Shown here: positions 48,600 through 61,075 of the stretch, piece after piece | How positions within the stretch are numbered: the stretch's first letter is position 1 | Layout of the letters: every line of letters begins with the position of its first letter | NCBI RefSeq assembly: GCF_011386835.1 | Contig: NC_088807.1 | Location: 24,614,001-24,678,000, forward strand | DNA length: 64,000 bases | DNA from: Chrysemys picta bellii | Taxonomy: Eukaryota | Direction: 5' to 3' | Translations under genes and position numbers: made by a program | Notes under the pieces: generated by a model | What the model was told of the DNA's origin: nothing | The model's input: only the letters and a program-made list of their open reading frames with translations | Databases searched by the model: none

Positions 48600-48970
48600 G
48601 CGCCCCCTAGAGGGGACAGGTCCCTGCCCCATTCCCCACCCCCTGAGCCAGCCAGTCCCCGCCCTGGGGCCGATGGGAGCCGGCGCCCCCTAGAGGGGAC
48701 AGGCCCCGGCCCCATTCCCTGCCCCCCTGGAGCCAGCCAGTCCCTGCCCTGGGGCCGATGGGAGCCGGCGCCCCCTAGAGGGGACAGGCCCCGGCCCCAT
48801 TCTCCACCCCCCGAGCCAGCCAGTCCCTGCCCTGGGGCCGATGGGACCTGGCGCCCCCTAGAGGGGACAGGCCCCTGCCCCATTCCCCGCCCCCCGGAGC
48901 CAGCCAGTCCCTGCCCTGGGGCCGATGGGAGCCGGCGCCCCCTAGAGGGGACAGGCCCCGCGCCCCATTC
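48600..48970. repeat. About 80-bp minisatellite (CCCCTAGAGGGGACAGG...GAGCCAGCCAGTCCC)
   Basis: 5 copies; single related units at 23940-24040 and 44710-44830. Confidence 0.85.
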
Positions 48971-48990
48971 CCTAGTATTTCTCACACACC

Positions 48991-49076
48991 TCAAACATCA
49001 TCAGGATACCCATCGAAATCTAATGTGGGCTGGAGGTCTGAGCTGGCCAGGCGGGCTGACGATAACAGGGGCTGAT
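48991..49076 (-). CDS. CFP: Candidate extra last coding exon of CFP (DQPLLSSARLASSDLQPTLDFDGYPDDV*)
   Basis: Acceptor tctctgcccccag| at 49077; phase matches the donor at 49555; the stop is followed 1 nt later by donor G|GTGTGT. No homology support known to me. Confidence 0.35.
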
Positions 49077-49159
49077 CTGGGGGGCAGAGAACAGGTTCAT
49101 GACTACAAAACCTCAGCAGGACCCCCAGCCCCACAGGAATCCCTCCAAAGAGACCCGGC

Positions 49160-49520
49160 GCTTACCCCACTCCCCTCCCAGAGCCAGGATAGAACCCAGG
49201 AGTCCTGGCTCCCAGCCCCCCCTGCTCTAACCACTAGACCCCACTCCCCTCCCAGAGCCAGGGCGAGAACCCAGGAGTCCTAGCTCCCAGCCCCCCCTGC
49301 TCTAACCACTAGACCCCACTCCCCTCCCAGAGCCAGGAGAGAACCCAGGAGTCCTGGCTCCCAGCCCCCCCTGCTCTAACCACTAGACCCCACTCCCCTC
49401 CCAGAGCCAGGGAGAGAACCCAGGCGTCCTGGCTCCTAGCCCCCCGGCTCTAACCACCAGCCCCCACTCCCTTCCCAGAGCCAGGATAGAACCCAGGAGT
49501 CCTGGATCCCAGCCCCCCCC
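49160..49520. repeat. About 70-bp minisatellite (GAGAACCCAGGAGTCC family)
   Basis: 5 copies; also 48080-48300. Confidence 0.85.
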
Positions 49521-49555
49521 CCCCTCTGACCCACTCGACATCCCCCCCAGCTCAC

Positions 49556-52500
49556 CATATTCCTCCTCCTCCGGGCAGGGTGGCATATTGAGACATGGCT
49601 CCTTCTCCTCCACCTCCAGGGACTTCCCGTTGATGGGCTGGCACTGGGGCCAGGGTTTACCCCAGAAGCTGACGTTTACCGACCCGGTGCTCCCCACTCC
49701 CTGGGTCTCCATCCTGCGGGGGAGGGGAGAGATCAGCATCGGGCCCAGACCCCTCCCACGGGCCTCTGGATCAGACCCATGGGACCCCCACAGCTTGGTA
49801 TCCTTCCCCTCCCACCAGATCGGCCCCAACCCTGGTATCCCCACTCCTGGATCAGACCCACAGGCGCTGGTATGTCCCCCCTACCCCACCCCCAGCTGGT
49901 CACACTCACGAAAATTTGGGGTACGTGGGTTGGCAAACGCGCTTCCGAGACTTCATGGAGTTCTTCTCGCAGGGTGGGACGCAGAGACCCCAGGGACTCC
50001 AGTCGGACCACTGGCCCTCCACTGGGGAGCCAGTACAGACACCAGTCAGGTCAAGAGCCCACCTGGCCCGGTATCCCACCTGCCCTCCCCCCAAGTCAGA
50101 ACCAGGGGCCCCTGCAGCCGGGTACCCCCGCCCAGATCAGACCCCCGGGCCCCTCCAGCCCGGTCTCCCCGCCTGCCCCACCTCGGACACTCACATTTGC
50201 ACCGAAACATGTTGTAGCAGCTGCGGATATGGATAGTACTGCCCTCACAGCGCTTCCCATCGGGGCTGCGCCCCCGGCACTCCCGCGTCCGCCTCTGCTG
50301 CCCCACGATCTCCCGGCAGCTGATGCTCCCGGTGTAACCCGGCCGGGTGCAAGTGGACCACTCCCCCCACTCCGACCAGCGCCCGTCCACTGCGGGGGAG
50401 AGACGGGGAGACCCCCAGAGACAACAGAGTATGACTGTGAGTCCTCCCACCCACCCATCCATCCATCCATTGATACATCATCCATCCATCCACCCATTGA
50501 CCCATCCATCCATCCATCCACCATTGATCCATCCATCCACTGACCCACTCATCCACCCATTGACCCATCCATCCATCTACCCACACACAAACCAGCCCAC
50601 CCATCATCCACCCATTGACCCATCCATCCATCCACCCACACACAAACCAGCCCACCCATCATCCATCCATCGACCCATCCATCCATCTACCCACCATTGA
50701 TCCATCCATCCACTGACCCACTCATCCACCCATTGACCCATCCATCCATCTACCCACACACAAACCTGACCACCCATCATCCGTCCAGCCACTGACCCAC
50801 CCATCCATCCACCCACCCACCCATTGACCCATCCATCCATCAACCTACCGATTGACCCATCCATCCATCCATCCATCCATCCATCCATCAACCCACCGAT
50901 TGACCCACCCATCCACCCACCCATTGACCCATCCATCCACCCACCCATTGACCCATCCATTCATCCACCCATTGACCCACTCCTCCATCCACCCATTGAG
51001 CTATCCATCCATCTACCCACACACAAACCAGCCCACCCATCATCCATCCATCCACTGACTCACCCATCCATCCATCCACCCACCCATTGACCCATCCATC
51101 CATCCACCCATTTACCCATCCATTCATCCACCCATTGACCCACTCATCCATCCACCCATTGAGCTATCCATCCATCTACCCACACACAAACCAGCCCACC
51201 CATCATCCATCCATCCACTGACTCACCCAAACATCCACCCTACCATCCATCCACAGATGCACCCAACCATTGATCCATTCATCCATCGACCCACCACTGA
51301 CCCATCATCCATCCAACCACCCATCCATCCATCTACCCACACACAAATCTGCCCACCCATCATTCATCCATGTATTGACCCACACAAACATCCATCCATT
51401 GACCTAGCCATCAATCCACCCACCCATTGCCATCTGTCCATTGACCCAACCAACCATTGATCCATCCATCCACCCACCCATTGACCTATTCATTCATCCA
51501 TTCACCCCTCCATCCATTAATTCATCCATTTCTACTTCCATCCATCCCAATACGCACCCCTCCATTCACGCATCCATCATTTTACTGCACGTTCATCTCT
51601 CCCTCCATCCATCCATCTTTTCCATTCCTCCCTCCATCTCTCTGTGCATCCCATCACTTTTCTACCCCTTCATTCTCTTCCTGATCCATCCATTCTTCTT
51701 TTCCTCTATACTTCCATTCCTCCACCCCTTGTCCCACCCCTCCACCTGCCCTCCCCTCCAGGGACAGAGGGTGTCCACTTCCCCCTCCAATGCTCTTTGT
51801 CTGTCCCTGCCCCCTTACCTGGGCAGGGTATTTTGGTGTTGCAGAAATGTGACCGGGTATTGAGGCCAAGACAGGCCTTACCACCATGCCGTGGAGCTGG
51901 TTGTTACAAAGACGCTTCTGCGTTACCCGGCCCAGGCCACAGGTCACCGAGCAGGTGCTGGATGTCTCCCAGTTGTTCCAGCCACCGTCCACTAGGCAGG
52001 GCGCAGGGTCAGAGAGAAAGAAACACAGGTCAGCATGAGAAACCTCCCCCGAGGGTTGGGAGAATGCCCAGGGCGGGGACTGGCTGGCTTGGGGGGGTGG
52101 GGAACGGGGCAGGGGCCTGTCCCCTCTGGAGGGCGCCGGCTCCCATCTGGCCCCAGGGCAGGGGACTGGCTGGCTCGGGGAGAGGGGGGCAGGAGGGTCT
52201 TTCTCACCTGGGCAGAAGGGCAGCCCGGGGCACGACTGGTCCTCACTGGTGGGTCCAATGCAGGGGAGTCCGGGAGGGATGACGGAAGGCGGGGGGTTGT
52301 TGCAAACCCGCCAACGACGCTGCTGGGGCTTCAGCTTCACGTCCTCTGGAGAGCATGTGGCAGAACAAGGACCCCATTGCCCCCAACTGCCCCAGTTACC
52401 ATGAGCTACAGAGAGGGAGAGATCAGGTGTCAGTATTGGGAGAAGCCATTCACCCCCACCTGCCCACCTATCCCCCATCCAGTGACCCAGCCATAGCCCA

Positions 52501-55500
52501 CCCACCCATCCCCCCACAACCATCTACCCAACCATCCCTTTCCATCCATCTCCCCACCCAAGCACCCCCACCCATCCATCTCTGCTCCCCCATCCACCCA
52601 TTCAACTACCCATCCCTTCCCACCCATCCCCCCATTCAACTACCCAACCATCCCTTCCCACCCATCCCCCCACAACCATCTTTTCCCACCCATCCCCCCA
52701 TTCAACTACTCATCCCTTCCCACCCATCCCCCATACGACTACCCAACCATCCCTTCCCACCCCTCCCCCCACAACCATCTCTTCCCACCTATCCTCCCAT
52801 TCAGCTACCCAACCATTCCTTCCCACCCATCCCCCCACAACCATCTCCTCCCACCCATCCCCCCATTCAACTACCCAACCATTCCTTCCCACCCATCCCC
52901 CCACAACCATCTCCTCCCACCCATCCCCCCATTCAACTACCCAACCATCCCTTCCCATCCATCCCCCCACTCAAGCACCCCCCCCACCCATCCATCTCTG
53001 CTCCCCCATCCACCCAACCATTCATCTATCCCTGCCCACCCATCCCCCCCATCCAACTTACCATCCATCCACCACCCGCATCCATCCACTGGACCATCTC
53101 TACCCAGCCGTCCACTCAGTCACTCCCCACCCAGCTATAGGTCTATTCTGACCAAGGCCACGAAACAATGAACAAAGCCTGAATTCCCAACAGCCTTGTA
53201 AATATGTAGTTAGTAGATAAGGGAACAGCAGGCGGATGGCGAACGTGTGACCAGAGATTGGCTCCCAGGAACTAAGGAGCCGATCACAGAGTGTGTGTGC
53301 GGATGTAGAACAGAGAGCGCGGGCGGCGTCTGTGTGAGGACGTGTTTAGCAGCTGGTGAATGTGTTTGTATTTTGGGTGCATGGTTCATCCTGGACCCAC
53401 CCCCTGCACCTGTGAGCCTCAGTAGCGCAGCGTCGGGCCCCTGGGTGCCAGGAGAGAAACCTCCGTGATGAGCTTGGCGTTGAGCTGAGTTCTTGGGAAC
53501 TGAGTGGATAAGGTCCCAACATCATCCACCCAACCATCCCTGTCTGCTCACCCACCCATCCAGGTGTCCACCCACCCTTTAGCCCATCCATCCATCTACC
53601 CATCCATCCCTGCCCCCACAATTCCCCACCATCCAGCTGTCTATCCACCCACCCTTACCCTAACCCATCCCTCCACCCAACTACCCATCCATCCACCCAT
53701 TCCTATCCATCCGTCCAGCCACCCAACCAGCCATCCCCCTCCCCACCTCAACCCGCCCCTTAATCCTTCTGTCCAAGCACCCAACAATCCATCCTCCCCA
53801 CCCACCCATCCCTTACCACCCACCCATGTATGCACCCACCCAACCCCATCCACCTATCCACTAATCCTTCCACCCAACAACCCATTCCCCATCCATCCAT
53901 CCGACCACCCAACCATCCATCCCTGCCCCCACCCCCACATCCAACCATCCACCTACCCAGCCATCCATCCTGTCCCCCACCCATCCCCCTACCCACCCAA
54001 CCAGATACTCCGGGATGAATGCAGTATAAAAACATCTATGGAATAGAATTAGATCCTAGATGTGTCGGGCTGGAAGGGACCTCGGAAGGTCACCAAATCC
54101 AGCCCCCTGAGCAGAGGCAGGACTAAGTCAATCTAATCTATCCCTGACGGGTTTGTCCAACTTCTTCTTAAAACCTTCCAATGACGGGGTCCCACAGCCC
54201 CCTTGGAAGCCAATTCTGGAGCTGAGCGACCCTGAGAGTTAGAAAGTTTCTCCCAATATCTAACCTCCATCCCACTGGCTGTAGATTCAGCCCTTTACGT
54301 CTCGTCCTTCTCTCAGCGGACACGGAGAACAATTGACCAGTGTCCTCTTTAGAACAGCCCGTGAGGTAGCTAAAGACTGTTCTCAGGTCCCCCCTCAGTC
54401 TCCTTCTCTCCAGACCAAACGTGCCCCGTTTCTTTTAACCGTCCCTCCTAGGTCGGGTTTTCTAAACCTTCGATCCTTTTGGTTGCTCTGCTCTGGACTC
54501 TCCCCAATTTGTTCACAACTTTTCTAATGCGGGAGGCGCCCAGAGCCGGACACAGTCCTCCCCACCAGGGCCCCCCCAGTGCCGACTGGGGCGGGACCAC
54601 GACTTCCTGTGTCTCACATGCGACCCCCCCGTTAACACACCCAGAATGAGATTAGCCTTCCCCCCAGCCGCGTCCCGTTGTAGAGTCCTATTCCACTCGG
54701 GATCCGCTCAAACCCCCAGATCCTTTTCAGCCGTGCGACCGCCTAGTCCCCACTTTGTAGCTACGCGTTTGATTCCACCCCACCTTCCTCGGCGTCGTAT
54801 GCTGCACGTCTCCTTCTCGGATGTGGCCTGGTTGAGTTCAGAGCCACTCTTCCCCTAGCCGGCTTGGGAGGATATCAGGTGGGCTGGTGTCAAAAAAGGA
54901 CTACACCCCCTCCCACCCCCCGGCCCATCCCCCCCCCACACACACACACTCACTGGGGCAGATCTTGTTGGTGTCACAGGGCATTGTGTCCGAGTCGGGG
55001 CCAGGGCAGGAGCCCCCGCAGATGGGCGCCGGCTCGGTGCATCTTCGGACGCGCTTCCTCACCCCCTCGGCGCACGTCACGGAGCAGGAGCTCCAGGGGC
55101 CCCAGGCCGACCAGCCCCCCATCACTGCGGGGGGTGGGGGGAGGGGGTCAGCACCGGATTGGGGTGGGGGTGGGGACCTGAGGCAGCTCCCTCCCCATTC
55201 CAGAGATCCCCTCCCCACCTGAGACCACCCATCCACCTGCCCTTCCCATGAGATCCCCTCCCCCTACACACCCCTCCCCAGAGACCCCTCCTGCCCCCCA
55301 CCCACCCCTCAGAGCCCAGCTCCAATAGGGGGTGACAACCCCTCCCCCTCCCCTGTCACCCCTCGTCCCAGCCCCCCATCACTGCCATGGGCCTCTCTGC
55401 AGCTCCAGCAGCTGGGAACAGGAAGTTTCCATTTCCAGCTGTGGGGGGGGAGATCCGGGGGGTGGGGGCGGGGGGGAACCAGCACCCATAGGAGGGAAGT

Positions 55501-58358
55501 GAAAGTGCTGAATCCGCGCGAGAGAGGGAGAAGCCTGGGGGTAATCCCAGCTATGCCAGCCCCAGCCTCTCCCACCAGGGGGTGCTGTGGAGCAGAGAGG
55601 GCCACTCGCCCTAGGGGGGCGCTGTGGGGTGCACGGCTGGGTGATGTGGGGTGCTGTCTGCATGGGGTGGAGGTCTCCAGCAGGGGGCACTGTGGGGCAC
55701 AGGGGGCACTGGCCGTGGGGGATGCTGTGGGGCCCTGGTCCTGGGGGGCGATGTGGGGCACAGGAGGTCACTAGCCCTGGGGGGGTCACTGTGGGGCACG
55801 AGGGGCACTGGCCGTGGGGGGAGCTGTGGGGCATTGCAGGAGGGGGGCTCAGTGGGGCACAGGGGGTCACTGGCTGTGGGGGGCACTGTGGGGCACAGGG
55901 GGTACTAGCTGTGGGGGGTGCTATGGGGCACTGGCCCTGGGGGGCTCTGTGGGGCACAGAGCATCACTGTCCCTGGGGGGCGCTGTGGGGCACAGGGGGC
56001 ACTGGCCGTGAGGGACTCTGTATGGCATGGGGGGCACTGGCCGTGAGGGACGCTGTGGGGCACTGGTCCTGGGGGGCTCTGTGGGGCACAGGAGGTCACT
56101 AGCCCGGGGGGAGCGCTGTGCGGCACGGGGGGCACTGGCTGTGGGGGGTGCCGTGGGGCTCTGGCCCTTGAGGGGGTCGCTGTGGGGCACAGGGGGGCAC
56201 TGGCCATGGGGGGCGCTGTGGGGCACAGGAGGTCACTAGCCCTGGGGTGGTTGCTGTGGGGCACAGGGGGTAACTGGCCGTGCGGGGGTGCTGTGGGGTA
56301 CAGGGGGCACTAGCCGTGGGGGGTGCTGTGGGGCACTGACCGTGGGGGGAGGCACTGTTGGGCACAGGGGGGCACTGACCGTGGGGGGCGCTGTGGGGCA
56401 CTGGCCATGGGGGGGCGCTGTGGAGCACTGACCGTGGGGGGCGCTGTGGGGCACTGGCCACGGGGGGGCACCATGGGGGGCCCTGTGGGGCACTGGCGGT
56501 GGGGGGTGCTGTGGGGCACTGACTGTGGGGGGGGCGCTGTTGGGCACTGGCCATGGGGGGGCACCGTGGGGGGCGCTGTGGGGCACTGGCCGTGGGGGGT
56601 GCTGTGGGGCACTGACTGTGGGGGGGGGCGCTGTTGGGCACTGGCCATGGGGGGGACGCTGTGGGGCACAGGAGGTCACTAGCCCTGGGGGAGTCGCTGT
56701 GGGGCACAGGGGGTAACTGGCCGTGGGGGGGGGGTGCTGTGGGGCACAGGGGGCACTGGCCGTGGGGGGCACTGTGGGGCACTGACTGTGGGGGGGGGGC
56801 GCTGCCGGAGGGGGGCGGGGGGAACTCACCCGGGCAGCAATCCTGCAGGCTGCAGGCTTGTATCTCCCACTTCTTCCGCGGGCCCCCCGAGCACTGGCCC
56901 TGCCCCAGGCAGGTCTGGCTGCGTCTCTGCACCCCCTCCCCGCAGGACACGGAGCAGGGGCTCCACGGCGTCCAGTCGCTCCACTCGGCCTGGCTGCGGG
57001 GACGGCACAGGCCTCAGGGGGGGCTGGGGCGAGGGGTGGACGGGCTGGGGTTAGGGGCGAGGGCGGGACTGGCAGGGCGCCCCGGCGCGGGGCCGGTACC
57101 CGTAGTTGGGGTTCTGGCAGCAGTGGGGGGGCTCTGGGGGGGCACTCACCGGCAGGACTGGCAGGGCGCCCCGGCGCGGGGCCGGTACCCGTAGTTGGGG
57201 TTCTGGCAGCAGTAGGGGGCTCTGGGGGGGCACTCACCGGCAGGACTGGCAGGGCGCCCCAGCGCGGGGCCGGTACCCGTAGTTGGGGTTCTGGCAGCAG
57301 TGGGGGGGCTCGGGGGGGGCACTCACCGGCAGGACTGGCAGGGCGCCCCGGCGCGGGGCCGGTACCCGTAGTTGGGGTTCTGGCAGCAGTGGGGGGGCTC
57401 TGGGGGGGCACTCACCGGCAGGACTGGCAGGGCGCCCCGGCGCGGGGCCGGTACCCGTAGTTGGGGTTCTGGCAGCAGTGGGGGGGGTTCTGGGGGGGCA
57501 CTCACCGGCAGGATTGGCAGGGCGCCCCGGCGCGGGGCCGGTACCCGTAGTTGGGGTTCTGGCAGCAGTGGGGGGGGCTCTGGGGGGGCACTCACCGGCA
57601 GGACTGGCAGGGCGCCCCGGCGCGGGGCCGGTACCCGTAGTTGGGGTTCTGGCAGCAGTGGGGGGGGCTCTGGGGGGGCACTCACCGGCAGGACTGGCAG
57701 GGCGCCCCGGCGCGGGGCCGGTACCCGTAGTTGGGGTTCCGGCAGCAGTGGGGGGCTTCTGGGGGGGGCACTCACCGGCAGGACTGGCAGGGCGCCCCGG
57801 TGCGGGGCCGGTACCCGTAGTTGGGGTTCTGGCAGCAGTGGGGGGGCTCTGGGGGGGCACTCACCGGCAGGACTGGCAGGGTGCCCCGGCGCGGGGCCGG
57901 TACCCGTAGTTGGGGTTCTGGCAGCAGTGGGGGGGCTCTGTGAGGGCACTCACCGGCAGGATTGGCAGGGCGCCCCAGCGCGGGGCCGGTACCCGTAGTT
58001 GGGGTTCTGGCAGCAGTGGGGGGGCTCTGGGGGGGCACTCACCGGCAGGACTGGCAGGGCGCCCCGGCGCGGGGCCGGTACCCGTAGTTGGGGTTCTGGC
58101 AGCAGTCCTCCTGGGACACGTCCTCCCCCAGGAACAACTTGCACTTGCCGGCCCCGAAGTCCTCGTAGCAAAGTCCCTCCTGGGCATCTGCGGGGGGAGT
58201 CGGGGGTGAGACCAGCCGGAGGGACAGACAGACAGACAGACTAGGGGGGGCCCACTCGGCTCAGACACACAACCCCCCCCCCCCGCCCCAGTACCTGCAA
58301 ATGGGCCCAGGGCCCAGCACAAGGCCAGCAAGAGGCCAAAGGTCACGGCCCCCTCCAT
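49556..58358 (-). CDS. CFP: Properdin (complement factor P) copy 2; exons 58295-58358, 58043-58187, 56830-56993, 54954-55124, 52208-52405, 51819-51991, 50195-50389, 49910-50021, 49556-49713; one 1-bp frameshift as assembled (exon 6, about 51899)
   Basis: Full TSR0-TSR6 architecture: TSR5 [14 protein letters not shown]...[23 protein letters not shown]6 [18 protein letters not shown]...PKF|SMETQG...NVSFWGKP...[17 protein letters not shown], matching recalled human LKGSWSEWSTWGLCMPPC...NVTFWGRP...EEKRPCLHVPAC. Exon phases are all consistent. Confidence 0.93.
54040..54525 (-). mobile_element. CR1 3' fragment (mirror of 42370-42858)
   Basis: Reverse complement of the CR1 fragment in copy 1. Confidence 0.8.
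57060..58105 (-). repeat. About 89-bp exon-end / splice-donor array of CFP copy 2
   Basis: 11 CACTCACCGGC (minus-strand CCG|GTGAGT) cores. Confidence 0.95.
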
Positions 58359-60186
58359 GGGGCTGGCGCGGACGGACGGACGGACAGACAGCGGCTGCAC
58401 AGAAGCTCGACAGAGAGCGACTGAGCCGCGGGGGTGGGGCGGGGGGAGGAAATTCCCATCAGCCACTCCCCCCCCCCCCCGCAGGACTTCCCCCTGGCAT
58501 TTGCTCTGCAAGGGGGAGGGGAACAGCAGGTTTGGGGGGGACCCTGAGCCTCCCCAGCCCTGGGCCGTCTCCTTCCAGCTCCCTGGGGGGTAGTGCGGGG
58601 GGGGACCCCCATCCCCCCCCACCCCACGGCCGAGGGCCCCTCCCCTCAGCCAACTGGGACCTTGGACTTTTGGTCCCTGGCTCTGGCCTCCGCGAGGGGC
58701 CGGCCGGGCCTGGGTGCCCAGCGGGGGAGTGTGTGTGGGGGGGTGTCCTCCGCCCCCAGCCACCTCCGCACGGGGAGGTCTCGGAGATCACCAGCAATGG
58801 GGGGGGGTCTAAACCCCCCCCACCTTGTAACTTGGGGGGGGAGATTTGGTGCTGCCCCACTGTGGCTCGGAGCACACAGAAAGTTCCCCCAATCTGCCTC
58901 CCCCCCGCCATGCAGAGCGCCCCCATCTACCTCCCCCCCACCGTGCGGAGCCCCCCCATCTGCCTCTCCCCCACCATGCAGGGCCCTCCCCATCTGCCTT
59001 CCCCCTGGTGTGCAGGGCCCCCCCATCTTCCCCCCCATATTTGTAACTGCTGGGCACTCCGGCTTCCCCCCTCCAGTCCATCACCCCCCCAAGGAGCAAA
59101 ACCCACCCCCGTTATCAGCTCACCGTGGCCCCCACCCTCCAGCCGCTGGGACTGGCCCCAGGGGCAAACCAAACAACCGGCACACGGACTAGAAGAAACC
59201 AGAGGGGCCCAGGCGAGAGCGGGCAGGGGACCCACCGCGGACGTAACGTCCCAAAGCCCCAACCTCCGGCTTCGCCCGGCTCGGTGCCCGGGGCTCAGAG
59301 CGGCGGCCCCCGCGCCCCTCAGCGAGAGGGGGCCTGGCCTGCCCCGCGGCTCGCCTGGCACCAGCAGGGCCTGGCGCTAGGCTGGGTGGTGCTGGGTGCT
59401 CCGTGCAACAATCAGCCCCACCTGGCGACGTGGGGAGAGGCCACAGCTTCCCCCCCCCCCCCCGTGGGGGCCGGCAAGCGCCGAGTGGCCCGTGCGCCCG
59501 TGAGAGACCGGGCGCAACGGGTGGGAACATCCATCACCAGTGTCTGCCACCCCCTGTTCTCCCCTTGGGGTGTCTGGACCCTGATTGTCATGCGGGGAGC
59601 CCAGGGCCGGGCTGGCAGGGGCTGCGGGTGGGGAGTGAGGGGTACCAGCAGGGCTGGGGGGGCAAAGCAGGGCTGGGCTAGCAGGGGCTGCGGGTCGGGA
59701 GTGAGGGGCACCAGCAGGACTGGGGGGGTGCCCCTCCGATGCCCCCCCCCCCCGTCTCCGGGAGTCCATTGGGCCAATGCGGGACGGGGTCCCCCAGGGA
59801 AGGGGGCGGACAGGGAAGCTGTTTCGGAGATGAGCGCCGCCCGGTCGGTGGGGCAGGTGAGAAGGAACCAGAACCGGGGTGGGGACGGGGGCCGCATAGC
59901 TGCACCCCGGACCTCAGCCTCGAAACCTGCCGGCCAAGGGCACGGCGGGGACAGGGCGGCCTGTGAGCGGGGAACGAGGAAGGACCCGGCTTCCAGGGAA
60001 ACCAAACCCCTTGTGTCAGCAGCCGAGGAGCCAAGCGCCTGAGCAGAGCAAACAAGGAAGCGGGCGGAGGGCCAAGCCCAAGAGACGGGAGCTTAATCCA
60101 GCTCCACCAGGCCTGTTTATGGCCAACCACTTCCCCGCCTCGGGCACCGTCCCGGGGAGCAGCGACGTCATCTGCACCCAGCACCC

Positions 60187-60308
60187 TAGGGTGACCAGAC
60201 AGCAAGTGTGAAAAATCAGGACGGGGGTGGGGGTAATAGGAGCCTATATAAGAAAAAGCCCCCAAAACCGGGACTGTCCCTATAAAATCGGGACATCTGG
60301 TCACCCTG
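60187..60308. mobile_element. hAT-type MITE (mirror copy)
   Basis: Same TIRs; TSD CAGCACCC at 60179-60186 and 60309-60316. Confidence 0.9.
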
Positions 60309-60519
60309 CAGCACCCGGACGGCGCCGGGCAGCCCCCGAGCCGCATGGGGGGGGAAGAAGAGGCACTTTTTTTTCTCCTCGCACGCAGGCCTGGTCGAGG
60401 GCGCCCTGCGAGGCGACTGGTCCCCGCGAGATCGGGGACCCCTGCACCAGCCGACGGGGGCGATGCCCCGGGAAAGTCACCGCAACAGAGCGAGGCGCGG
60501 TCAGCCACCGAGGCGGTGG

Positions 60520-61075
60520 CGGGGACGTGATTGGTGGAATGTAGGCGCCGCGGGGAAGTGATTGGTGGAACATAGGCACCAGGGGGACGTGATTGGTGGC
60601 ACGTAGGCGCCGGGGAGACGTGATTGGTGGAACATACGCACTGCGGGGACATGATTGGTGGAACGTAGGCGCCTTGGGTGACGTGATTGGTGGAACATAG
60701 GCGCCACGGGGACGTGATTGGTGGAACATAGGCGCCGGGGGGGACGTGGTTGGTGGAAGATAGGTCCCGTGGGGACGTGTTTGGTGGAAGGTAGGTCCCG
60801 TGGGGACGTGATTGGTGGAACGTAGGCGCCGCAGGGACGTGATTGGTGGAACGTAGGCGCCGGGGAGACGTGATTGGTGGAAGATAGGTCCCGTGGGGAT
60901 GTGTTTGGTGGAACGTAGGCGCCGTGGGGACGTGATTGGTGGAACATAGGCGCCGAGGGGCACGTGATTGGTGGAACGTAGGCGCCGGGGGGCACGTGAT
61001 TGGTGGAACGTAGGCGCCGGGGGGCACGTGATTGGTGGAACGTAGGCGCCGGGGGGATGTGACTGGTGGAACATA
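60520..61075. repeat. 31-bp CCAAT-containing tandem repeat (mirror, longer allele)
   Basis: GGGGACGTGATTGGTGGAACGTAGGCGCC units. Confidence 0.9.

Noticed and set aside
38473-58358. Calling both CFP copies pseudogenes
   Set aside because: Frameshifts are single-base, at homopolymers and non-shared; splice sites and cysteines are intact, which fits sequencing error better.
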